Below are positions 1 through 9,969 of a DNA stretch of 64,000 bases, piece by piece. The position numbers were made by a program, and so were the translations under genes. Position 1 is the first letter of the stretch, and every line of letters starts with the position of its first letter. The notes under the pieces were generated by a model. It worked only from the letters and a program-made list of their open reading frames with translations. It was not told where the DNA came from and searched no databases. The stretch covers positions 112,946 through 176,945 of IMG/VR virus record IMGVR_UViG_3300044959_000131; one strand, given 5' to 3'. Source of the DNA: a virus.

Positions 1-25
1 GGAAGTAGATAAGAAAACCCTCTTA

Positions 26-304
26 ATGGCATATGACACGCTTCATAGGTATGCTCCAGAATTTACTGCAGATCCGCTTCTCGGTGGAGCTCTCCTAAAG
101 AACATCTCAGAGCTTCCAAACATGAGTCACAAGACCATTGTCGAACTAATTGGTGCGCAGAAGAATATAGCTGATGCCAAGAGCCGATACTTCTCTGAAA
201 TGTCAAAGCTTTCTCCACTTCTCGTCCCAGACAGCGGTCATACAGAAGTAAGATATGAGGGCGGGGTTGAAAAGTCGAGAACGGTTAGACGTCCAGGTGT
301 CTGA
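26..304 (+). CDS. Hypothetical virion/head-module protein, probably 5'-truncated by the window edge
   Basis: Frame is open upstream of the ATG at 26 to the window start; its stop abuts the next ATG (TGATG coupling). Confidence 0.6.
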   Translation: MAYDTLHRYAPEFTADPLLGGALLKNISELPNMSHKTIVELIGAQKNIADAKSRYFSEMSKLSPLLVPDSGHTEVRYEGGVEKSRTVRRPGV

Positions 305-3300
305 TGAAGAAACAAGTTCAATTCAGAGGACATACAGAGTTTGGTGTCTTCTGTCGGTCGCTATTTGGAAGTTCAGGAGCGTTTGAGAAGATTGCTGGAG
401 CTCCTCCTTTTGCTGATTGGCCAACAGGAGAAGAGCTTAGAAAGTACATCTCAAAGATTACCAAAGAGGACCGTAAAAAGTACGTATACGTTCTCGTAAA
501 CGCTCTCGGAGCTGGTGAGTACTTCGGTTGCTTCCCAGCAGGCTCCATTGTTCGTTCTAAGCGAGGAGATATCCCTATTGAGCATGTCGTAGTTGGTGAC
601 GAGGTTCTCACTCACAGAAATAGATGGAGAAGGGTCATTGCAACCAACCGCAAGTTTCATGATCTCGGGTTGGTTCATTTGGATGTCACCGGGGTTCCGC
701 ACTTGGCTCCGGCTATCTCAGCGACCCCGAATCATGAGGTTTTTGTCGTTCCTCGTGACGACTTGTTTCGAGCTCGTAGAGATATTCTCTACAAGCGTGG
801 AGAGATGGATTGGAAATCCTCCTACAATGAATTTGTTTCATCTCTGAATCCAGACTGGATGCCGATTGAGTTCATCCGCCCAGGTGACTTTCTGTTTCAG
901 CCATTTCCGATTGAAACTCGGAATTCAGACTTTGCTCAGAAGTGGGGAGATCATGACTTTGCGTACTTGATGGGACTCTTCGCGGCTGAGGGGTGTCTAG
1001 CAGAGAGGTACGGTCGGGATAGGAACAAGGAACGATCGGAGCTGGTTGAGAGGATTGTTTTCGTCATAGGGGATCATGAAGATCACATCGTCAGGAATGT
1101 ACAGCGCATTGTAGAGAAGCATGGGAGATCTGTGACCGTAAAAAGGACCCCAGAGACCAAATCTATTCGCCTTGAACTTTGTTGGAAGGAGTTGGCTCAA
1201 GCTTGTTTGGAGCACATCGGCTGCCATTCAACCGAGAAGAGCTTGTCTTGGGACATTCTCACAATGCCACATGGGTGGCAGGAGGCTTTTCTAGCTCCAT
1301 ATGTTGAGGGTGATGGACACTTTGTAGAGAACTCAAAGTTTGAGCGGTACAACGGCTCAGTGGTTATATCCACCGCATCTAAGAATCTGGCCTTGGACCT
1401 ACGACTTCTCTACGCTCGTCTCGGGATCGTGGTATCTGTTAACGGACGGCATAATACCAAGGCCACTTGGTACAACGGCAACCCAATTTACACCATTCAC
1501 ATAGGAAAAACGTGGGCCAAAGACTGGAATGGCTCGACTAGGGCGTCAAGCTACATCGATAAGGAACGTGGGTTCATCATTTCACCAGTGAGGAGTGTTT
1601 CGCATGAGAAGTGGTCCGGTGAGGTATTTGACCTGACAGTCGAGGAGGACAGTTCCTATGTTGTGAATGGGATTGTCGTCCACAATTCGAATATCAACGC
1701 GGACTACTTTCCTTGGAATGCTCTTGCGCATGAAGGCGACGACTACGGCTACAAAACGTTCCTGAACGCCCATGCATTTCAGCATCACAAGAACAAGGAC
1801 CCGACTAGGGCTTTCGGAGTCCCAGTTCTCTCGGTGCTGAACCACCCGATGAAGCGTGTCGAGCTCATCGTCAGACTCGACAGAGCAAAGGCAAAGGAAG
1901 AGCAGGCTGACGGCATCATCACTCGTATCGAAGCCGGAGAGTTTCCAGATGTCAGCATGGGCTGCGTCCCCAAGTACGCAAAGATATTGAGGAAGGATGG
2001 ACGTATCGTTCACATCGAGGAGATCCGAGAGGGAGACGAGGTCATATCACATCGAGGACGCGCTCAGAGAGTCGTCAGCACGATGGTCCGCCGTCACAAG
2101 GGAACCATCTTTCACATCAAGCCTTATGGTCACAGAGACGCTCTGATTCTGACCGAGGAGCACCCTCTCTGGATCGTTCGTGCTGAGCAGATGGAGTGCC
2201 GTCCATCTTCGAAATCCATAAATCAGGGTCGGAGACAGCATGTATGCACCCCAGACAGCCATCTCACGAAGAAGGGCTGTTCTGGCTGTTTAACGAGGCC
2301 CTCTTTCAAGTTTGAGTGGGTCCGAGCAGATGAGGTTTCCGAGGGAGACTATCTTGCGATGCCTATTCCGACCTTTGAGGCTGAACGAAAGTTCACAGCC
2401 GTCGAGGCAAGGCTTCTCGGATACTATTTGGCAGAGGGCTACGTCCTAAAGAACAACTCTGGCGAGGCAATCGGGGTCGAGTTCTGCACCGGGCTGAATG
2501 AGATCGAAACCCATGACGAACTTCGTAAGCTCGCCACTCTATCTGGCCTCGCAGATAAAGTCGTCGAGCGAGACATCCCTGAGCGCAATGGAAAATACAT
2601 CGCCATCTGGGATCGGAATCTGGCTGATCTTTGCTCCACTCATTGTGGGAGTGGAGCAAAGACGAAGTTTCTGTCCGCCTCATTGATGGGGGCTGACGAA
2701 GAGACTCTACAGCTCTTCATCGGTGCCTACGCGAACGGAGACGGTGGGTGTTACGAGGGTTCCATCTACTTCTCCACTGCATCGGAGCAACTTGCTGACC
2801 AACTTCGAATCTTATTGGCCCGTCTGCGCTGCATCGCAAGCGTAAACGAGATTGTCCACAAGCCGTCGAAGTTGGTTAATACAGAGACCGTAGAGTTTCA
2901 GGTCCGTGTTGGGAAAGACTCGGCTTGGAGACTTACCGGTTCGAGGTTTTCACCCGGTCGGTCAGAGAAGATCTGTAACAAAAGGTTCTTCTACGATTTC
3001 GAGGGAACGACGTATTTGATGACTCCCATCGAGCGTATCGATGAGGTCGAATACGACGACGATGTCTACAACTTTGGAGTCGAGAACGACGACAGTTATC
3101 TGATCGATGGTTTGGCTGTTCACAACTGTAAAGTTCCTTTTGACATTTGTTCGATATGTGGACAGAAATCCAAGACTAGGCTGGATTACTGCTTCCCACC
3201 TGGGACGCCAATTCTGATGGCCGATGGACAGTTCAAGGCCATCGAGGAAGTTCGAGTTGGTGACGAAGTTATCACCCACACTGGATCTACAAAAAGGGTC

Positions 3301-5328
3301 GTTCGTCTACTACCTAGCACGGCTCACGACGGGCTGATCAAGATTACGGCTTATGGATTTGGAGACATATTAGCTACTCCAAATCACCCATTCATGATTG
3401 GAAGGACAAAGACCGGTGTGAAAGGAGGTCGTAAGGCACAGCTCGACGAGTCGCCGCCAGATTGGGTCGCCGCAGAAGACGTTCAGCAATTCGACACTGT
3501 CTTTCTGCCAATTCCAAAAATTGAGCTCTCCAAGGATTCAAAATACAGCAATGCACGCGTCGGGTGGTTACTCGGGCTCTACCTAGCAGAAGGGTCCCCA
3601 AGCTTCTCTCCTGGTGTCGCGCATCCGAAATCAGTCACGTTGTCAGTCAACGTAAGCGAATCCTTTGAGGACCGCGTCAAGGAAGCCGTAACTTTGATGG
3701 GAGGCGACGCCGCAGACGTTAGCGTCTGCGTATCAGAGGAGCGACACAGCAAGAGTATTCGAATCAACAATAGAGAGATTGCTGAGTGGCTTCTACTGAT
3801 GGGTGGGCGTGGTAGTCACACTAAGACGCTCAATCCTGCAGTTTGGCATCTGGGAGAAGAATTTGCTAGGGGTGTTCTTCTCGGTTGGTGTGATGGAGAT
3901 GGTAGCACTGGTGATAACGTAACAAGGATCGCAACTTCGTCTGAATCCCTTGCGAGGCAGATGCAACTTCTTGCTGCATCTTGTGGGATTCTATCAGGTC
4001 TTAAGCTATACTCTCGTGATACCAATTTCTGCCACCAGGATATTTGGTATCTCACGTTCTCGGGAGATGCCTCGGCGGCTCTTCGTGAGCAACGTCCCCA
4101 GGAAGTTTTTGAGAATCAGTCCAAGCTCTTCTTCTGGAAGAATTACCTCTGCTCTACTGTCAGAAGAGTTGAAGAAGTTCCATACCATGGAGACGTCTTC
4201 AACTTTGAAGTCGAGGATGACCACTCATACGTAGCCGGATGCTTTGCGGTTCATAATTGCCATCACATGATGCCTCCTCCAGAGCTGAGGAGTGTATACG
4301 GACCGAACAAGATTCTCCCCGATGGCCGTCGCATCTACGTCATCAACACGATGCCGAAGTTCTTCGACATCAGTTTTGTATTCATTGGTGCAGACAAGAC
4401 GGCGAAGGTGATGGCCAAGGTGGCATCCGTTGGAAACTCGGTTTGCCTTGGAGAAGTGTGCGCAATACCGAGACCGTCAGCCGTTGTTCACGAGCTCACT
4501 TCATCACCACCTTCTGAAGATGGATTCCGGAAGGTCGCTTCTGCAGATTGTTCTTGCGGATGTGGTGGGCCGTGTGATCCAATGTCAAAGCTTGCCGATG
4601 CGTTTGGTGCCACAAAGGTCGGGGAGATCATCAAGACCGTACCAGCTGGAAACTTTGCCAAGAACATCCTTCCAGCAATTGAGGCTTCAGAACCAGACCT
4701 ACCAAAATCTCTTCTCAATGACCTGGCATCTAGGCACACAATTGGGGAGATTACGGGTCGCGCCGCCTCCCTTGGCATTGTGTTGAAGCCTGTTGAGTTC
4801 CAAAGGATTGTACTTGTAAGGATGGGAAATGGAGAACTGGCAGACGAGCTCGACGACGAGTGCAACGTATTCAGACACGTCCAAGCTGTGGACGACTCAG
4901 TCCAACCAGACCCCCTACTTCCTGAAACTGGTCTCCTTCACCTGCTCCGTCGATTTATCTCAACTCGTTCGGGACTGGGGGAGCCACTCCGGATCCGGTC
5001 TGTTAAAGTTATGCTGGGCGTGAAAAAGCCTCTTCCCACCCGGACGCCGATCGAACATCCTCTACTCGACAAAATCAGTGCCGCCTATAATGGGTATAGG
5101 CGGAACCTTCTGAAGAAACTTTCACAGGTCGAAAACGTGATCTACAACGACCCATCGCTAAGAAAAGAGATCTTGGGGAATCGGTTGTCTAGCTTGTTCA
5201 CAAAGACGGCCAACTCCCAAATCTTGTCTCACGATTCGTTGTCGTACATGATGGGCGCGTACTTCACGGATAGAGGCCTGTTGCTCAATACTGGCATTAC
5301 TGATGTAGTGTCAGGTTTAATGGCCTAG
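304..5328 (+). CDS. Putative prohead (capsid maturation) protease precursor with three inteins; spliced product about 544 aa
   Basis: Removing the three inteins gives ...AFQHH...VSMG-CKVPFDICSICGQKSKTRLDY-CHH...FFDISFVFIGAD, which resembles HK97/assemblin-fold protease motifs with a Zn-ribbon insert; lies upstream of scaffold and MCP genes. Confidence 0.7.
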   Translation: MKKQVQFRGHTEFGVFCRSLFGSSGAFEKIAGAPPFADWPTGEELRKYISKITKEDRKKYVYVLVNALGAGEYFGCFPAGSIVRSKRGDIPIEHVVVGDEVLTHRNRWRRVIATNRKFHDLGLVHLDVTGVPHLAPAISATPNHEVFVVPRDDLFRARRDILYKRGEMDWKSSYNEFVSSLNPDWMPIEFIRPGDFLFQPFPIETRNSDFAQKWGDHDFAYLMGLFAAEGCLAERYGRDRNKERSELVERIVFVIGDHEDHIVRNVQRIVEKHGRSVTVKRTPETKSIRLELCWKELAQACLEHIGCHSTEKSLSWDILTMPHGWQEAFLAPYVEGDGHFVENSKFERYNGSVVISTASKNLALDLRLLYARLGIVVSVNGRHNTKATWYNGNPIYTIHIGKTWAKDWNGSTRASSYIDKERGFIISPVRSVSHEKWSGEVFDLTVEEDSSYVVNGIVVHNSNINADYFPWNALAHEGDDYGYKTFLNAHAFQHHKNKDPTRAFGVPVLSVLNHPMKRVELIVRLDRAKAKEEQADGIITRIEAGEFPDVSMGCVPKYAKILRKDGRIVHIEEIREGDEVISHRGRAQRVVSTMVRRHKGTIFHIKPYGHRDALILTEEHPLWIVRAEQMECRPSSKSINQGRRQHVCTPDSHLTKKGCSGCLTRPSFKFEWVRADEVSEGDYLAMPIPTFEAERKFTAVEARLLGYYLAEGYVLKNNSGEAIGVEFCTGLNEIETHDELRKLATLSGLADKVVERDIPERNGKYIAIWDRNLADLCSTHCGSGAKTKFLSASLMGADEETLQLFIGAYANGDGGCYEGSIYFSTASEQLADQLRILLARLRCIASVNEIVHKPSKLVNTETVEFQVRVGKDSAWRLTGSRFSPGRSEKICNKRFFYDFEGTTYLMTPIERIDEVEYDDDVYNFGVENDDSYLIDGLAVHNCKVPFDICSICGQKSKTRLDYCFPPGTPILMADGQFKAIEEVRVGDEVITHTGSTKRVVRLLPSTAHDGLIKITAYGFGDILATPNHPFMIGRTKTGVKGGRKAQLDESPPDWVAAEDVQQFDTVFLPIPKIELSKDSKYSNARVGWLLGLYLAEGSPSFSPGVAHPKSVTLSVNVSESFEDRVKEAVTLMGGDAADVSVCVSEERHSKSIRINNREIAEWLLLMGGRGSHTKTLNPAVWHLGEEFARGVLLGWCDGDGSTGDNVTRIATSSESLARQMQLLAASCGILSGLKLYSRDTNFCHQDIWYLTFSGDASAALREQRPQEVFENQSKLFFWKNYLCSTVRRVEEVPYHGDVFNFEVEDDHSYVAGCFAVHNCHHMMPPPELRSVYGPNKILPDGRRIYVINTMPKFFDISFVFIGADKTAKVMAKVASVGNSVCLGEVCAIPRPSAVVHELTSSPPSEDGFRKVASADCSCGCGGPCDPMSKLADAFGATKVGEIIKTVPAGNFAKNILPAIEASEPDLPKSLLNDLASRHTIGEITGRAASLGIVLKPVEFQRIVLVRMGNGELADELDDECNVFRHVQAVDDSVQPDPLLPETGLLHLLRRFISTRSGLGEPLRIRSVKVMLGVKKPLPTRTPIEHPLLDKISAAYNGYRRNLLKKLSQVENVIYNDPSLRKEILGNRLSSLFTKTANSQILSHDSLSYMMGAYFTDRGLLLNTGITDVVSGLMA
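529..1686 (+). mobile_element. Intein 1 with LAGLIDADG homing endonuclease (386 aa)
   Basis: Starts CFPAGS, ends YVVNGIVVHN followed by Ser; endonuclease motifs LMGLFAAEG and FLAPYVEGDG. Confidence 0.93.
1963..3126 (+). mobile_element. Intein 2 with LAGLIDADG homing endonuclease (388 aa)
   Basis: Starts CVPKYA, ends YLIDGLAVHN followed by Cys; motifs LLGYYLAEG and FIGAYANGDG. Confidence 0.93.
3190..4257 (+). mobile_element. Intein 3 with LAGLIDADG homing endonuclease (356 aa)
   Basis: Starts CFPPGT, ends YVAGCFAVHN followed by Cys; motifs LLGLYLAEG and VLLGWCDGDG. Confidence 0.93.
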
Positions 5329-5390
5329 AGGTCCTAACCTCGAAGATGGCAATCGACTCATAACAACCACAACACGGAGAACTAGAAACA

Positions 5391-6059
5391 ATGGATCCAA
5401 GACTTGCAGAAATCTACGGAACCAACGAGGACATCAGCGACACTGAGAAGCTAGCCGCTGCCAAGCTGGCAGAGGAGCTCGCGGACGATGACGAGATCGA
5501 CCTCGACGGAATGTCCGATGAGGAAATCGAAGCCCTCGCTAGAGAAGTCCTAGAGGGTGACGACAGCGACGATGACGACGAGTACGATGATGCCGCTGAG
5601 AAGGTCGCCGAGGCCGACTACCTTGGGCGTGTAATGGCACACGCCTACGTACAGGAACTAAAGAGCATCGAAAAGGCGGCTGCTCCGGAGCCGTCGGCGG
5701 CGACGGCGCTCGCGAAAAGGTCAAGGCTGAGAGAATACTACGGCAAGGGCAAGATGCAGCTCGAGCGGGCATTGAAGGCCATTAAGTCCCATCCGAAGAC
5801 CACAGCAGGAGTCGCCACTGGTCTAGCTGGTCTCGGTGCTGGTGCGTACCTGCTTAGCAGAAAGAAGGGGAAGCGTAAGCACGCCTCGGCCACTCCGGCG
5901 CTCGATGCACTCGCCGAGCAGAGGGCACTTGAGATTCTAGAGGAAAATGGAATCGACGTAAACGATGAGAGCGATTCGAAGTACGATGTTCTCGCTCAGG
6001 CCGTTGAGTTACGTGCTCGGGAGATGCTCGAAGACGCAGGATACGAGTTCGAGGACTAA
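5391..6059 (+). CDS. Acidic scaffold-like/internal head protein with a basic, Gly/Ala-rich central insert
   Basis: SD GGAG; D/E-rich blocks; EKLA, AKLA, EKVA and RKHA motifs; position between protease and MCP. Confidence 0.55.
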   Translation: MDPRLAEIYGTNEDISDTEKLAAAKLAEELADDDEIDLDGMSDEEIEALAREVLEGDDSDDDDEYDDAAEKVAEADYLGRVMAHAYVQELKSIEKAAAPEPSAATALAKRSRLREYYGKGKMQLERALKAIKSHPKTTAGVATGLAGLGAGAYLLSRKKGKRKHASATPALDALAEQRALEILEENGIDVNDESDSKYDVLAQAVELRAREMLEDAGYEFED

Positions 6060-6074
6060 TACCAGTTCTGACGG

Positions 6075-6121
6075 TTGGGGATTCCTGGGAATTGGTATTT
6101 CTCAATCCCAGGAATCCCCAA
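6075..6121. repeat. Perfect 16-bp inverted repeat (intergenic hairpin)
   Basis: TTGGGGATTCCTGGGA at 6075-6090 and TCCCAGGAATCCCCAA at 6106-6121. Confidence 0.9.
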
Positions 6122-6139
6122 TCTGAGAGGTCAACGACA

Positions 6140-6400
6140 ATGCCCAAGTGGCATATCAGTTTGGGTACTGTCTTGGGCTTCTCAGATGAGCTTCAGAAGA
6201 TTGCGATGTCATTTAAACCGACATCTTTTGGAGACGTGAGGAAGGAAGTGTCGTACGCGGGAACAGCACTAGCGAGGCGAAAGCCAAGCTATGCAAAGGT
6301 CAATAAACAGCAGACACTACCGGCATCGTCATCAGAGCTCACTGAGAGCGCAAAGACTGTTCAACCACCCCCTGCGACGATGCCCGGGGGAGATTTGTAG
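6140..6400 (+). CDS. Small putative internal head protein (FSDELQKIA motif)
   Basis: SD GAGAGG precedes ATG 6140; the 6092 ATG of the ORF track lies inside the hairpin. Confidence 0.55.
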   Translation: MPKWHISLGTVLGFSDELQKIAMSFKPTSFGDVRKEVSYAGTALARRKPSYAKVNKQQTLPASSSELTESAKTVQPPPATMPGGDL

Positions 6401-6406
6401 GAGACC

Positions 6407-7414
6407 ATGATGCACACCAAGCTCGCCGGTCACATTCCCCTGCACGAGATGATTGCAAACACCATCAATAGTGCTCGCAACAAGCTCGCTGCCGAAGGTG
6501 CGGAGTCAAAGGAAGAGGCCAAGAAGGTTCTTCCATTCATGAAGAAGAAGGAAGAGAAGAAGGAAGAGAAGGAGAAGGCGTCATCTGCCTTCGACTTCTC
6601 TGACCCAGATGAACTTTTGAAGCTAGCATCTGTTCTTTATGAGCTCGGAGACAAGCTTGCTGACTCGAAATACGTCGGCGGCGAGAAGAGTCAAGGTGGA
6701 GAAGTTCTTCCAACCGCCTCTGCTGTCCCAGGAAAGCAGCAATACACGAAGGACTCTTCAAAGTCTCACAACATTCCAGCCAGCACTCCTGAGAAGTCAA
6801 CGTCTGACAATCCAGGAGCAGCGACCGCAACTGAGACGGATGACAGGCCAGGTAAGCTTCTAAGGTACCTACGAGCCAAATACCCAAATAAGGGTGTGTT
6901 GAGAACGTCTCCAGAAGCTGGTCAGGAGAAAAAGTCTTCAGCTCTAGAATACATCCTCGGTAAGGTAGCTACGTTCGGCGCTCAAGAAAAGAGCATGGGT
7001 GGGGAGACGCTGGACAGCGCCTCAGAGCAGGGTCCAAAGCCTCCTTCTGACTCGAAGGGTGGAAACGATGCTCGGAGCCACATCCGATCGAACAAAGCCG
7101 CCATCGATATGAAGAAGGTGGAAGGCAAAAACCCACAAAAGAGGATGTTATCTGAAGTACTGACGGAGCCAGCCCAATCGAAGGCTCATGACTCAAAGGT
7201 TCACGAGAATCTGCGCAATGCCTCCAAAGGGGGCGTGAAGATCGCAGTAGCAAAGGCCTTCCTTCAGAAGATTGCTGCGGATGAGTGCCATCCGCAGCAT
7301 GAGAAGTTGAAGGAAGCGTTGAAGAAGCGTCTGGAGAAGAAGAGCATGGGTGGTCTTGGAATGGGAGCACCAATGCCGACCACTCCTCCTGCTCCGATGC
7401 CAATGGCTCGGTAA
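6407..7414 (+). CDS. Low-complexity scaffold/internal head protein
   Basis: SD GGAG; K/E/S-rich; many K-x-A motifs; head operon position. Confidence 0.6.
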   Translation: MMHTKLAGHIPLHEMIANTINSARNKLAAEGAESKEEAKKVLPFMKKKEEKKEEKEKASSAFDFSDPDELLKLASVLYELGDKLADSKYVGGEKSQGGEVLPTASAVPGKQQYTKDSSKSHNIPASTPEKSTSDNPGAATATETDDRPGKLLRYLRAKYPNKGVLRTSPEAGQEKKSSALEYILGKVATFGAQEKSMGGETLDSASEQGPKPPSDSKGGNDARSHIRSNKAAIDMKKVEGKNPQKRMLSEVLTEPAQSKAHDSKVHENLRNASKGGVKIAVAKAFLQKIAADECHPQHEKLKEALKKRLEKKSMGGLGMGAPMPTTPPAPMPMAR

Positions 7415-7432
7415 AGAAGAAGGGAGACCGCC

Positions 7433-7807
7433 ATGGGTAAAATCGGAAAAGTTCAGATTGGACAGATGATGAAAGTCGCTGCCCACTCCATCCGGCTCCT
7501 TTCGGAGGAGAACCAGCGTCTCAGAGAGAAGGTCGCTCAATTCGAGCACCGGGCACGTGTCGAGAAGGTGGCCTCGCTCATGGAGGAGAAGGGCCTTCAG
7601 CCCGAGCTCTCCTTCGAAGAGAAGGTCGCAGTACTTTCTCAGAAGGACAACCTGGATGTCATCGAAGAGGCCGTAAATCTCTCGGCGCCACAGTTCAAAC
7701 TTGCCTCCGTCGATGAGGGAGGAAGAGTGACTGTGGAGGGTGGATCGGAAATGGACAGCTCTGCTGCGGAGAACAACTTCGCAGCAGCGCTCGCAGGACT
7801 GGACTGA
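7433..7807 (+). CDS. Coiled-coil scaffolding-type protein
   Basis: SD GGAG; helical pattern; five K-[VL]-A motifs in 124 aa. Confidence 0.55.
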   Translation: MGKIGKVQIGQMMKVAAHSIRLLSEENQRLREKVAQFEHRARVEKVASLMEEKGLQPELSFEEKVAVLSQKDNLDVIEEAVNLSAPQFKLASVDEGGRVTVEGGSEMDSSAAENNFAAALAGLD

Positions 7808-7852
7808 CCCATCTCACAGGTCTAAACATCAACTTTGAAGGAGATTTGAAAC

Positions 7853-8347
7853 ATGTCAGCACCACTTTTTCAACTTGTGACGGAGCTTCAAACCCTCACA
7901 CGCCGCGATTTTCCTGCGGCTGATGAGACTTCTCTAAACCCACTAAGTGCTCGTCCTCTCGTCGATGGAGAGTGGCTCGAACTTGATTCGAACTACAAGC
8001 TTGCTCGTGGAGGCGACAACAACGCTGCAACGCCGGACGAAGGTTTGTCAATGAACACCTTCGTCGTCCATACAGAGCGTGGCAGATATGACGTACAGGC
8101 AATCAGAAAGGTCAACGTTCTGATGCTTGGAATGTACGAAGCTGAAACTCAGGTTGTGGACACGACTGGACTAGCTCTTGGGGATGCCTTGACCGTTCAA
8201 GACATCTTGATTGGAGGTGTCGTTCGTCGTGGTCTGAAGAAGGCCGGAGCAACTCCGGGTCGTGTAGTTGTAGGATACGTCTCGAAGCTTTACCCCTCGG
8301 GTCCGGCCAAGGTTCGTTTTGTCCACATGGCGAACACCAAGTACTAA
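7853..8347 (+). CDS. Putative capsid decoration/cement protein
   Basis: Strong SD GAAGGAG; beta-rich 164 aa protein immediately upstream of the MCP. Confidence 0.5.
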   Translation: MSAPLFQLVTELQTLTRRDFPAADETSLNPLSARPLVDGEWLELDSNYKLARGGDNNAATPDEGLSMNTFVVHTERGRYDVQAIRKVNVLMLGMYEAETQVVDTTGLALGDALTVQDILIGGVVRRGLKKAGATPGRVVVGYVSKLYPSGPAKVRFVHMANTKY

Positions 8348-8389
8348 TAAATCCAGGTGACCATTTAACAAAGTTCAGGAGAAATCAAC

Positions 8390-9508
8390 ATGAGCGCTGT
8401 TCCAGCAAGAGTCCTCAACGACCTGTTCTTCGAAAAGGTCGCCACCACAGATGGCAAGGAGAAGATTGCCGAGTTCGGTGGAACATACATCCGAGACCGC
8501 CTGCGTGAGGTATCATTCGCACGCAAGATCCTTCCTCCTCAGCCGGTTCAACGGACTGAGTGTCAGAGGTCTGTGAACCACGACACCTTGGTCAAGATCG
8601 TCGACATCGAGCCAAACTCGAAGGCCGTCGCCTTGACATTCCGTGGCCAACCGACTGCTCGCTTCATCCGTGCTCCTCGTTTCGAGATTCCGTTCTTCAC
8701 GATCTCGTCCGAGAAGTTCGAGAAGACGGAGCAGGAACTTCTGGCTTACGAGATGCCCATCACCAAGATCATCGAGGAGAACTCGGTGAAGGACATCCAA
8801 GAGATCGAGGACCGTCAATTCCTCATCTACGTCGAGGCGGCTGTTCAGGCTATGCAACTCGATGCCAATGGTGGGGTCCCGGCGCCATTCAATGTCTCAA
8901 ACCTTGGAACAACTGTCGCTTCTTCAGTGGTCAAGGGTGACGGTGCAATTGCAGCCGGTGCAAACAACTTCGTCTCATACCCCATCCTGAAGCCGGACCT
9001 CATCAAGCTGAAGAAGCTACTGCACCGCCGCAAGCTGCGTGCAGAGAGGATGATCATCACCGAGCCTGACTACGATGACATCTCGGCCTGGACCATCCAG
9101 GACGTTGGCATGACCATCGCTGGTGAGACCTCGGTCGAGGGATGGAAGGCGTCGACAGTGGTCGGGTTGAAGATCATCCGCACCATCAAGACCGACATCC
9201 TTCGTGAGGGCAACGTGTACTGCTTCACGGCGCCGGAGTTCTTGGGCCGGTTCTACGTTCTGAACCAGACCAAGTTCTACATCGACAAGATTGCGAACCT
9301 CATCACCTGGCAGTCGTGGGAGGACATCGCAATTGGCATCGGTAACATCGCGTCCGTTGTCAAGCTTGAGCTCTACGGAGGATCGGTCACGCCAGGAGCG
9401 ACCGACCCAGGCTACACCTCCAAGCTGCCTGTCGATGAGAGCGACCTCGGTGCAGTGAACAACAGAGCTGATGCAGGACTAACGGTACCAGCAGTAGACC
9501 AGTTCTGA
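8390..9508 (+). CDS. Major capsid protein (HK97-like fold, inferred)
   Basis: 372 aa; IRDRLREVSFARKILPP N-terminal segment, FEIPFFTISS, FYVLNQTKFYIDK and WEDIAIGIGN resemble large-phage MCPs; biased codon usage; followed by a terminator. Confidence 0.75.
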   Translation: MSAVPARVLNDLFFEKVATTDGKEKIAEFGGTYIRDRLREVSFARKILPPQPVQRTECQRSVNHDTLVKIVDIEPNSKAVALTFRGQPTARFIRAPRFEIPFFTISSEKFEKTEQELLAYEMPITKIIEENSVKDIQEIEDRQFLIYVEAAVQAMQLDANGGVPAPFNVSNLGTTVASSVVKGDGAIAAGANNFVSYPILKPDLIKLKKLLHRRKLRAERMIITEPDYDDISAWTIQDVGMTIAGETSVEGWKASTVVGLKIIRTIKTDILREGNVYCFTAPEFLGRFYVLNQTKFYIDKIANLITWQSWEDIAIGIGNIASVVKLELYGGSVTPGATDPGYTSKLPVDESDLGAVNNRADAGLTVPAVDQF

Positions 9509-9532
9509 AATCGATAGTATGGTCTAACATTG

Positions 9533-9562
9533 GGGAGGGAGAGAAACCTCCCTCCCTTTCTT
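9533..9562 (+). terminator. Intrinsic terminator after MCP
   Basis: GGGAGGGAG-agaaac-CTCCCTCCC followed by TTTCTT. Confidence 0.7.
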
Positions 9563-9601
9563 GACTAAACCTGTCTGAAACAACAAGAGGAGACCTTACA
9601 A

Positions 9602-9961
9602 ATGTCAGTCGAGAAGATTGCATCGTATCTTGATGTCGACCCTGAAGACCTTGAGATCATGGCACAGGAAGTTCTTGAGAAGGTCTCGAGTTCTGGACTC
9701 GGTCGCTATGCAGAGCTATTGGCGGGTGGAAAGAAAATGACCTTTTTGGCCCGCTCGAAAACGCCGGAGATGCTGACAGACACCCGTCCAGGTAACGTCC
9801 TTAGAGCCTTGCTACCTGGAAATCGTGTGACTCTAAAAGCTAAGCGTGAGGCACTCAAGTCTTTGGCAGCAAGACTTGGAACTGGTGGAGCTGTTGCTGC
9901 GGGCGCATACGGATTGAAGAAGCTTCGCGACAGGTACAAGAAGTCCAAGTCCAAGAGGTAA
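9602..9961 (+). CDS. Small basic putative internal head protein
   Basis: SD GAGGAG; EKIAS and EKVS motifs; Gly/Ala hydrophobic segment followed by a basic tail. Confidence 0.6.
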   Translation: MSVEKIASYLDVDPEDLEIMAQEVLEKVSSSGLGRYAELLAGGKKMTFLARSKTPEMLTDTRPGNVLRALLPGNRVTLKAKREALKSLAARLGTGGAVAAGAYGLKKLRDRYKKSKSKR

Positions 9962-9969
9962 TTATTGAC

